From the NCBI GenBank assembly GCA_035693505.1, contig DASSGK010000567.1:4734-68733 (forward strand): a DNA stretch of 64,000 nt. Reading direction: 5' to 3'. Both the position numbers and the translations under genes were made by a program. Below, piece by piece: positions 54,738 to 64,000 of this stretch. This stretch comes from Vicinamibacterales bacterium. GTDB lineage: Bacteria; Acidobacteriota; Vicinamibacteria; Vicinamibacterales; CAVVIG01. Numbering within the stretch: position 1 is the stretch's first letter; each line of letters begins with the position of its first letter. A model generated the notes under the pieces. The model saw nothing but the letters and a program-made list of their open reading frames with translations, searched no databases and was not told the DNA's origin.

Positions 54738-54923
54738 ATGCAGGTCTTCAAGCCTGCCACGACGGCGGACCTGAACTACGCCACGCTCAACATCGGCCGC
54801 AAGCTGGCGGTTACCGACGCTCCTGCCGCGTTTGTCGAGTGGCTGGCTATTGGAACGATCATCGGCCTGGTTTACAAGCCTGCGCAGAAGTCGGTGCGCC
54901 AGCTGCCGGCGCGGTATGATTGA
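54738..54923 (+). CDS. small hypothetical protein (61 aa, one hydrophobic segment)
   Basis: Strong G/C third-position bias consistent with coding sequence. FVEWLAIGTIIGLVY hydrophobic stretch. No obvious Shine-Dalgarno sequence. Confidence 0.35.
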   Translation: MQVFKPATTADLNYATLNIGRKLAVTDAPAAFVEWLAIGTIIGLVYKPAQKSVRQLPARYD

Positions 54924-54928
54924 GCGTT

Positions 54929-56077
<1,149 letters not shown>

Positions 56078-56091
56078 GGCCGGCCGATTTC

Positions 56092-56523
56092 CTAGGCGAG
56101 GATCGGTTTTGGAAGGATCGGCCAGATCGGCCCGGTCCCCGGTTTCACGTGCGGACGGCTCGTTGATTCGCCGCCCCCGTCGGTGCGGTCCAGAAACTCC
56201 GACAGATCTTCGGCCGTCATACCTCTGACCTGTTCGGTCCTGGTCTGGTTGGACGGCGGAGTGCCGTCGGACCATTCGGATTCGAAGAGGTCGCCCAACA
56301 TCGCCACCGACAGCGAGTCATCGTCGGCCTCGGCGGCTAAAGTCGCGCCGTTCGTTGCCGGGTGAACGACCGGCGCGCCGTTCCCGGTGGCTGCCGCGTC
56401 AGCCTGGAACCGGTCTGCAATCCAGTGCAACACGCGGGCGCGAGTGGGCTGATCGAGGTGATGGAGAATTGTCGCGATATCCTGCATCGCACGCAGTTCG
56501 GCGTCGAGGCTGACATCCGCCAT
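56092..56523 (-). CDS. hypothetical protein (small helical N-domain plus acidic disordered tail)
   Basis: Coding-like third-position GC. I recognised no family. Start trimmed to MADVSLDAEL (56523). Confidence 0.45.
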   Translation of the reverse strand: MADVSLDAELRAMQDIATILHHLDQPTRARVLHWIADRFQADAAATGNGAPVVHPATNGATLAAEADDDSLSVAMLGDLFESEWSDGTPPSNQTRTEQVRGMTAEDLSEFLDRTDGGGESTSRPHVKPGTGPIWPILPKPILA

Positions 56524-56608
56524 GTCGAAACATTGTTTCACCGCGTAGACTAAAATGCTACCTGTCAATAACTGACGAGACAGAAACGTTCCTGCGTTCG
56601 AACTGACC

Positions 56609-58416
<1,808 letters not shown>

Positions 58417-58417
<1 letters not shown>

Positions 58418-59118
58418 TGGCTGACTTCAAGAAATCGACGCTGCGGGAGTACTTCGAGTCGATCGTCATCGCGGTGATCCTCGCGCTCTTCATCCGCACG
58501 TTCGTCGTGCAGGCCTTCAAGATCCCGACCGGATCGATGGAGGAGAACCTGCTCATCGGCGATCACCTGCTCGTCAACAAGATGGTCTTCGGTCCGACCG
58601 AGACCGGACTCGAACGGGCAGTGCTTCCCATCGGGACCATCAAGCGCCGCGACATCATCGTGTTCAAGTATCCCGAGGAGCCGGAGCGCGACTTCATCAA
58701 GCGTGTGATCGGCCTCCCTGGCGAGACGGTGGAAGTGCGCGAGAAGAAGGTCTACATCAACGGCACCATGCTGGATGAGCCCTACGTGCACTTCCTCGCG
58801 CCGCCGAGCGGCCCGTCCGAGTTTCGCGAGGTGACATCGTTCGACGTCCGCGAGCGCTACGGTCCGGTCACCGTGCCGCCCAATCATTACTTCGTGATGG
58901 GCGACAACCGTGACAACTCGCAGGACAGCCGCTACTGGGGCTTCCTGTCGCGGGACCTCATCAAAGGCAAGTCGCTGGTCATCTACTGGTCGTACCAGGC
59001 CGAACGCGAAGACTATCAGGACGAGAGCGCAAGCGCGACGGCGAAGGGGCTCGTGTCGGTGTTCGCGCACTTCTTCACGCGCACACGCTGGGATCGGATG
59101 TTTCACCAGACGCGCTGA
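58417..59118 (+). CDS. lepB: signal peptidase I
   Basis: TM anchor, the catalytic Ser (PTGSMEENL) and Lys (DFIKRVIGLPGE) boxes, and GDNRDNSQDSRYWG. The ATG at 58417 overlaps the lepA stop as TGATG. A GTG at 58414 is also possible. Confidence 0.95.
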
Positions 59119-59462
59119 TGCTCCGCACGCTCCTGAAACTGGCGGTCGTGGCGTTGGTGGCCAATGCGGCCTGGCACCTCTTCGGTGCCTACTCGCCGAA
59201 CTACCGGTTTCAGGACAGCGTTCAGTACGTCGCGCAGAATCGCGGGCAAATGAGCGACGAGACCTTGAGGGACAAGGTCGTCGAGCTCGCGGGCCAATTC
59301 GACGTGCCTGTCACCGCCAATGATGTGACGGTCAGCCAGCAGGGCACGCACACTCTCGTCGACGTCTCGTACGTGCGGCGAATCGAGCTGGCGCCCGGCT
59401 TCACGTATCCGTGGAATTTCTCCGTCCACGTCGACGTCATCAGTCTCTCGTCGCTAAAGTAG
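59118..59462 (+). CDS. small membrane-anchored protein, DUF4845-like
   Basis: N-terminal TM (LLKLAVVALVANAAW) followed by a YRFQDSVQYVAQ...DVTVSQQGTHTLVDVSYVRRIEL layout. It is translationally coupled to lepB (TGATG). Confidence 0.5.
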   Translation: MLRTLLKLAVVALVANAAWHLFGAYSPNYRFQDSVQYVAQNRGQMSDETLRDKVVELAGQFDVPVTANDVTVSQQGTHTLVDVSYVRRIELAPGFTYPWNFSVHVDVISLSSLK

Positions 59463-60068
59463 CGCGTCAGCCTCGTCGGCAGAGCGCGCGGCCTCCGCGC
59501 CCAGCCGGTTGATTTCCGCGGTCACAGAGCTGGTGTATTCGGCGTCGGTCAGGCTGCCGACGTTGATCTCGACGTTCAAGCGAGCTCCACGCAGTCCCGC
59601 GCGGAGCAAGGCGATCGCGACTCCCACATCGCTCCCAGCGGCTTTGTGCCCGTGCGCGGCGACGAGTGCGGCCTGCACGAGCGCCGCGGCCGAGAGGCGA
59701 ACGACGCCGAGCGGAACGTCGGTCGCCTCGCGCAGCGCGCGCTGAATGGCGGCCTTTCGCGCCCTCTGCTCGTCAGCGGACATCTTCGGCATCTTGTAGG
59801 CGGCGACGACGTGGTCGTAAGCCGCGGTGTCGGCGTCGACCGCTTCGGTCAAGCGGTCTCTGAGATCGGCGAGCACGGCACCCGCCGCTGTCAGCCGCGC
59901 ACGGTCATCGTCGGATCCCGTGCGTGTCTTCGGCAGGCCGGCGACCATCATCAGGAGTGAAGCGCCGATCGCCGACGAGAGGGCCGCGGCCGACCCGCCG
60001 CCGGGTGTCGGATCGGAGGAGCTGAATGCGGTCAGCAAATCCCGAACGGAGCGATCGATGAGCGACAT
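59454..60068 (-). CDS. cyclodeaminase/cyclohydrolase-family protein (FTCD C-terminal domain)
   Basis: FSSSDPTPGGGSAAALSSAIGASLLMMV is the characteristic N-terminal motif. It lies downstream of hutI. Confidence 0.85.
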   Translation of the reverse strand: MSLIDRSVRDLLTAFSSSDPTPGGGSAAALSSAIGASLLMMVAGLPKTRTGSDDDRARLTAAGAVLADLRDRLTEAVDADTAAYDHVVAAYKMPKMSADEQRARKAAIQRALREATDVPLGVVRLSAAALVQAALVAAHGHKAAGSDVGVAIALLRAGLRGARLNVEINVGSLTDAEYTSSVTAEINRLGAEAARSADEADALL

Positions 60069-60080
60069 ATGCGTTTCCAG

Positions 60081-60352
60081 GGAGCGGAGGGTACGGAGGA
60101 AACGGAATCACACAGAGGAACGGAGGAGCAGAGGACGAACGGAGCAGGATGTGCGCGACCGGCGGCCGGCGAAGCCGGCCTCGCACCGGGACAGAACGAA
60201 CGACGCAAAGCAAAACACACGGACTCAAGTTTTTGCTTTGCGTCGTTCGTTCTATCCCGGTGGCCCGCGTTGCGGGCCGGTCGCGCACGCATCTCTTCTC
60301 TGCTCGTCTCTGCTGCTCCGCTGCTCTGTGTGATCCCGTTCCCTCCGTCTCC
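60081..60352. repeat. 272-nt compound palindrome (cruciform / MITE-like) between hutI and the cyclodeaminase gene
   Basis: Apical perfect 23-bp stem (60193-60215 with 60231-60253). A 7-bp CACCGGG/CCCGGTG stem. Two side hairpins (GGCCGGC-GAA-GCCGGCC and GGCCCGC-GTT-GCGGGCC). A 12-bp GTGCGCGACCGG/CCGGTCGCGCAC stem. Imperfect outer arms of about 65-70 nt share AACGGRATCACACAGAG. Confidence 0.85.
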
Positions 60353-61603
60353 TCAGTTACCAATGACGACCTTGCCGCGTTTGATCACGGCACGTATCGT
60401 GTCGGCGCCGACGCGGATCAAGTTGATGGCGGGGCCGTGGACGACGACGGCGTCCATCTGCTTGCCCAGTTCCAGGCTGCCGATGCGATCCTGGCGGCCC
60501 AGCGAACACGCCGCGTTGATGGTCGCCGCGACCAGTGCCTCTTCGAAGGTGAGGTGCATGCCGAAGCAGGCCAGCGTCATCGCAAACGGGATCGACGGCG
60601 AGTAGCCGGCGCCAGGGTTGACGTCGGTGGCCAGCGCCACGGCGACGCCGCTCGCCATCAGCATGCGCGCCGGCGCAAAGCGTCCCAGCTTGAGATAGAA
60701 CGACGCGATTGGCAACAGCGTGGCGACCACGCCGGAGGCCGCCAGGCCAGCCGCATTCACCTCCTCGATGAAGATCAAGTGATCCGCTGATCGCGCACCG
60801 ACTTCAGCCGCGACGACCGATCCGCCGCTGGACGCGAACTCGTCGGCGTGAATTCGCGGCGCGAGACCCGCGGCGCGGCCGGCTTGCAGGATCTCGCGCG
60901 ATTCATCCGGCGTGAATACGCCTGTCTCGCAGAACACGTCGCACGATTCCGCCGAGCCTTCGCGGGCGACGGCCGGAATCATTTCGTGCACGACGAGATC
61001 CACGTAATCGCGACGCCGATGGCGATACTCGACCGGCACTTCGTGTGCGCCCATGAATGTCGGCGATATCTCAATCGGATGCGTCGCGGCGAGCATCCGA
61101 ATCGTTCGCAGCATCTTCAGCTCGCCGACGGTCGTGAGCGCGTAGCCGCTCTTGGCTTCGCACGTCGTCGTGCCGCAGCGCAGCATCTCGTCCAGTCGCT
61201 GTCTTGTGACAGCCGCGAGATCCTCGCCAGACGCAGCACGCGTCGCCTTCACGCTGCCGACGATCCCACCTCCCTCGGCGGCGATTTCAGCATAGGTGGC
61301 GCCGGCGAGGCGACGACGGAGTTCGTTGCGCCGATCGCCGGCGAAGACGACATGCGTGTGGGGATCCACGAAGCCGGGGACGACGGCACCGCCTTCCGCG
61401 TCGACGACAAGAGCAGCGTCAGCCAGAGTGCCGTTGCGGCGCCAGTCCGCCTCGTCGCCCACGAAGACGATCGTTCCGCGATGAGCGGCGATGACGGCCT
61501 TCGGCCTGGAGACCGCGTCTGCCTGGCGCGGTCCGATTCGCGGCGCAGGACCGGCGCAGGTGAGGACCTCCGATGTGTTGTGGATCAGGAAATCGGCGAC
61601 CAC
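60353..61603 (-). CDS. hutI: imidazolonepropionase
   Basis: Amidohydrolase fold with PGFVDPHTHVVFAG, SGYAL, ADEF and DVNPG motifs. GTG start. Confidence 0.9.
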   Translation of the reverse strand: MVADFLIHNTSEVLTCAGPAPRIGPRQADAVSRPKAVIAAHRGTIVFVGDEADWRRNGTLADAALVVDAEGGAVVPGFVDPHTHVVFAGDRRNELRRRLAGATYAEIAAEGGGIVGSVKATRAASGEDLAAVTRQRLDEMLRCGTTTCEAKSGYALTTVGELKMLRTIRMLAATHPIEISPTFMGAHEVPVEYRHRRRDYVDLVVHEMIPAVAREGSAESCDVFCETGVFTPDESREILQAGRAAGLAPRIHADEFASSGGSVVAAEVGARSADHLIFIEEVNAAGLAASGVVATLLPIASFYLKLGRFAPARMLMASGVAVALATDVNPGAGYSPSIPFAMTLACFGMHLTFEEALVAATINAACSLGRQDRIGSLELGKQMDAVVVHGPAINLIRVGADTIRAVIKRGKVVIGN

Positions 61604-61609
61604 GACGCC

Positions 61610-61870
61610 CTATTGTAGGGCGAGCGCGTGAATCTGTTCCGCGGTGACGCCGTCGATCGCCACGCGCTTCTGGCGGCTGCGATCGCCGCTGACGATGCGC
61701 ACGGCCCGTCTGGGGACACGAAGCGCGGCGGAGAGAAACCGGACGAGGGCGATGTTGGCGGCGTCGTCGACCGGCGGCGCGGCGATGCGCACGACGAGGA
61801 CGTCATCCCTGAACCCCGCGCATTCCGTTTTGCGGGCTCGCGGGATGACGCGGACGTCGAGCGTGATCAC
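61610..61870 (-). CDS. yggU: DUF167 (YggU) family protein
   Basis: LDVRVIPRARK...VRIAAPPVDDAANIALVRFLS...VSGDRSRQKRV pattern. The GTG at 61870 overlaps the divIVA stop (GTGA). Confidence 0.8.
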   Translation of the reverse strand: MITLDVRVIPRARKTECAGFRDDVLVVRIAAPPVDDAANIALVRFLSAALRVPRRAVRIVSGDRSRQKRVAIDGVTAEQIHALALQ

Positions 61871-62412
61871 CCGACGATTTTGCGGGCCTGGTGTGCCTCG
61901 GGGTCGAGCGGTTCGGCGAGCCGCGGCCAATGGAACCGGATCCGTTCGTCGCGTTCGCGCGCTTCCTGTTCGCGAACGAACTCCAGCGTATTGCGCAATG
62001 TGGCGATGTTTGCTTCGATGGACGTCTCGACGTCCTTGCGTTTCAGCTTGAGCCCGTCGATCTCCCGCTGAATGTCCTCGAGACGGGCCTGGGTCCGTTC
62101 GAGCAGCAGCTCCGAATGGCCTTCGGCCTCGCGAACGATCCGCTGCGCGTCCAGCTCGGCGGTGGCCCTGATGTCGTCGGACACCTTTTGAGCGGTCAGC
62201 AGCGTGTTCTGAAGGTTCTTTTCGTGCTCGCGGTGCTCGTTGAGGACCGCCTCCATGCGCATGAGATCCTGCCTCAGCCGGTCGGTCTCGCGGAGGGCCT
62301 GCTCGTAGTCGTCGGCGACAGCGGCCAGGAACGAGGTCACCTCGACCGGGTCGAAACCGCGGAAAGCCTTGCGAAAGCGCTGCTGGCGAAGGTCGAGCGG
62401 GCTGACATTCAT
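61867..62412 (-). CDS. divIVA: DivIVA-domain protein
   Basis: SPLDLRQQRFRKAFRGFDPVEVTSFL N-terminal DivIVA motif followed by a coiled coil. Confidence 0.9.
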   Translation of the reverse strand: MNVSPLDLRQQRFRKAFRGFDPVEVTSFLAAVADDYEQALRETDRLRQDLMRMEAVLNEHREHEKNLQNTLLTAQKVSDDIRATAELDAQRIVREAEGHSELLLERTQARLEDIQREIDGLKLKRKDVETSIEANIATLRNTLEFVREQEARERDERIRFHWPRLAEPLDPEAHQARKIVG

Positions 62413-62473
62413 GCGAGTCGTTCTCCCCGGTGTGGGTTATCGGACGGAACGCGTCCCTGGGACAGGGGTCGGG

Positions 62474-63178
62474 TCAGGGGTAGGAGCGCTCTCCGAAGAT
62501 CGCCGAGCCCACTCGTACCATCGTTGCGCCTTCTTCGACGGCCACCTCGAAATCGTGGCTCATGCCCATGGACAACTCCTGGAGCATCGACGCGTCCACG
62601 CCTCGAGCCAGCAGCCGGTCCCGCACGTCGCGGAGCTCGCGGAAGTAGGGTCGTGCGGCGTTGGGATCGTCGACGGCCGGCGGCAGGATCATCAGCCCGA
62701 TGCAGCGGCACGAGCGCGCGGATCGCGCCTGCTCGAAAATCGCTGTCAGCTGGTCTTCGCGAGCGCCGTGCTTGGTGGCTTCGCCCGCGAGATCGGTTTG
62801 AACGAGCAGATCCAGCCGGCGTCCCGCGGCGTTGGCCGCTTCGTCGAGTTTTTCCAGGAGGGGAGCGGTGTCGACCGAGTGGACCAGATCGAAGCGTGCG
62901 GCCTTCCTGGCCTTGTTCGATTGGAGGTGTCCGATCAAATGCCAGCGCAGGTGCAGATCCGAGGTCTGGTCCATCTTGCCCAGCGCCTCTTGAACCTTGT
63001 TCTCGCCGAAGTCGATTTGACCCGCGTCGGCGGCCGCGCGCACGTGCTCCGCAGAAAATGTTTTCGAGACGGCGATGAGCCTGATGGAGGAAGGATCGCG
63101 TCCGGCCCGGCCGGCCGCGCGCGCGATGCGCGCGCGAACGTCAGCCAACCGGGCCTGGAGCGCGGAAGGGTCGATCAC
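62474..63178 (-). CDS. yggS: YggS-family pyridoxal-phosphate homeostasis protein
   Basis: LIAVSKTF (PLP lysine), FGENKVQE, HLIGHLQSNK and SMGMSHDFEVA motifs. Confidence 0.9.
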   Translation of the reverse strand: MIDPSALQARLADVRARIARAAGRAGRDPSSIRLIAVSKTFSAEHVRAAADAGQIDFGENKVQEALGKMDQTSDLHLRWHLIGHLQSNKARKAARFDLVHSVDTAPLLEKLDEAANAAGRRLDLLVQTDLAGEATKHGAREDQLTAIFEQARSARSCRCIGLMILPPAVDDPNAARPYFRELRDVRDRLLARGVDASMLQELSMGMSHDFEVAVEEGATMVRVGSAIFGERSYP

Positions 63179-64000
63179 TATTTCTTCAGCGTGCCGAGAA
63201 TGCCCTTCGCAGTGGCCGCGTTCGGGCCCGAGGGGGCCAGCTTCAGATAGGTTTCGAATTCCGTCGCGGCGCCTGCGAGGTTGCCTTCGTTCACGAGCGC
63301 CATGCCGAGTTGATAGTGCGATTCCGCGTGGTTCGGGTTCGCGGCGATCGCGCCCTCGAACTGCTTCTTCGCCTCAGGAATCTTCCCGGCGTTCCAGAGA
63401 ATCACGCCCTGGTTGAACATGGCGTCCGCGTTGCCGCCGCCGCCCGCCGCACCTGCGGCGCCGCCGCCGCTCAATTCCATCGCCTTCGCGCTGGCCGTCG
63501 CGGCCTCGTCGAACTTGCGCTGCGCGTTGTACACGTTGGCGAGCCCGCTGTACGCCTCGGCGTAATCCGCCTTGAGCTCGATCGCCTTCTTGTACGCAGC
63601 CTCGGCCTTGTCGTAGTCCTTCTTCTGCGTCTGCGAGTAAGCGATGTTGTAGTAGCAGTCGAAGCAGTTCGGGTTCATCTCCGCGGCCGACTGAAAACTC
63701 GTGATCGCCGCGTCGTGGTTTCCCGCGCGGCTCGCGGCGACGCCTTCCTCGAAGGCCTTCTTCATCGCGGTCGCCTTGGCCGCGGCTTCAGGCGACACGC
63801 CGCCGCCAGCGCCCAAGACGAGTGTGATCGGATTTCCCGCCGCGATTCGCACGGTCACGTTGCTCGGTGCCGAGACGACCTTGTCTTTCTCGGCGGTCAC
63901 CTTGTAGGCGCCGGGCGCCAGGCCGATTTGCAGGAACTCGCCCTTCTTGTCCGACTTGGTCTCGAAATGGCGGTTGTTGGCGTCGGCGTCGATCGTGATC
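63178..64000 (-). CDS. TPR-repeat protein with an upstream Ig/CarboxypepD_reg-like segment (5' end beyond the window)
   Basis: At least four TPR-like units (AITSFQSAAEMNPN..., AEAAYKKAIELKADY..., AKKQFEGAIAANPNH...). The frame stays open from 63900 to the window edge (ITIDADANNRHFETKSDKKGEFLQIGLAPGAYKV...), so the GTG at 63900 is probably not the true start. Confidence 0.7.
   Translation of the reverse strand, partial: ITIDADANNRHFETKSDKKGEFLQIGLAPGAYKVTAEKDKVVSAPSNVTVRIAAGNPITLVLGAGGGVSPEAAAKATAMKKAFEEGVAASRAGNHDAAITSFQSAAEMNPNCFDCYYNIAYSQTQKKDYDKAEAAYKKAIELKADYAEAYSGLANVYNAQRKFDEAATASAKAMELSGGGAAGAAGGGGNADAMFNQGVILWNAGKIPEAKKQFEGAIAANPNHAESHYQLGMALVNEGNLAGAATEFETYLKLAPSGPNAATAKGILGTLKK

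Noticed and set aside
56527-56539. GAAACA-T-TGTTTC palindrome in the hypothetical-gene/lepA divergent region as an operator
   Set aside because: It has only 6-bp arms, is single-copy, and lies just inside the 5' end of the hypothetical gene (56092-56523 minus strand extension region). That is too weak to call without comparative data.
60081-60352. 6S RNA (ssrS) candidate, because it is a long imperfect hairpin next to a folate-related gene
   Set aside because: 6S RNA needs a large central asymmetric bubble and is about 180 nt. This element has perfect 23-bp and 12-bp stems, symmetric side hairpins and near-DNA-level palindromy, which is more typical of a MITE or cruciform. The hypothesis is unsupported without a covariance-model hit.

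Overview
High-GC bacterial chromosomal window (codon third positions are overwhelmingly G/C; the many long Arg/Ala-rich antisense ORFs in the track are artefacts of this). The protein set and gene order suggest a Gram-negative lineage, possibly Acidobacteriota-like, but that is inference only. I recognised no rRNA, CRISPR array, transposase, integrase, phage gene or defence gene.

Gene content, left to right:
- 1-6.2 kb, minus strand: a fatty-acid beta-oxidation operon. It holds a TetR/FadR-like regulator, a fused 3-hydroxyacyl-CoA dehydrogenase/enoyl-CoA hydratase, two alpha/beta hydrolases, a thiolase and an acyl-CoA dehydrogenase. A perfect palindromic operator sits at its head.
- 6.2-12.5 kb: an NHL-propeller protein, a fused 2-oxoacid dehydrogenase E1 alpha/beta, a cupin, an M28/GCPII-like peptidase and a DoxX protein.
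- 12.4-22.7 kb, minus strand: a GT-C membrane glycosyltransferase, a rhomboid protease, YqeY, a secreted Pro/Gln-rich protein, and a seven-gene sugar-activation/glycosyltransferase operon. The operon has ArnA-C-like, ArnB-like and ArnC-like genes, a polyprenyl-phosphate-mannose synthase, a GT2 and a GT4.
- 23.0-40.0 kb, plus strand: a complete dcw cluster, mraZ-rsmH-ftsL-ftsI-murE-murF-mraY-murD-ftsW-murG-murC-ftsQ-ftsA-ftsZ. It is preceded by a sigma70-type promoter and three phased GTGGR MraZ boxes.
- 40-64 kb: a radical SAM protein, a SpoVG-like protein, acpS, pgeF, rnhA, a COG1579 zinc-ribbon protein, tRNA-Met(CAT), rpoD, dnaG, mutS2, larB, a processive GT2 plus DUF362, citrate synthase, lepA-lepB, an FTCD-type cyclodeaminase, hutI, yggU, divIVA, yggS and a TPR protein cut by the right edge.

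The most unusual content is non-genic.
1. Nine loci carry 7-nt-period tandem arrays similar to cyanobacterial STRR repeats (GGGNCTA/GCTNAGG, GGGTTCR, TGGGTAA, AGAAGKN). They sit on gene boundaries and often form array/inverted-array hairpins. One is an exact 6-unit in-frame block inside mutS2.
2. An exact 25-mer palindromic element (GTAGCGCGAAGGCTTTAGCCGAGCG) lies in frame inside the fadB-like gene and murF, and supplies the pgeF stop codon. This resembles the in-frame Rickettsia palindromic elements.
3. Related GCTCAGGGCAGGC elements lie in murC and at the rnhA 5' end.
4. A 272-nt cruciform palindrome lies between hutI and the cyclodeaminase gene.

All coordinates come from reading the sequence by eye and anchoring to ORF-track stops. 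Repeat copy numbers are minimum counts.
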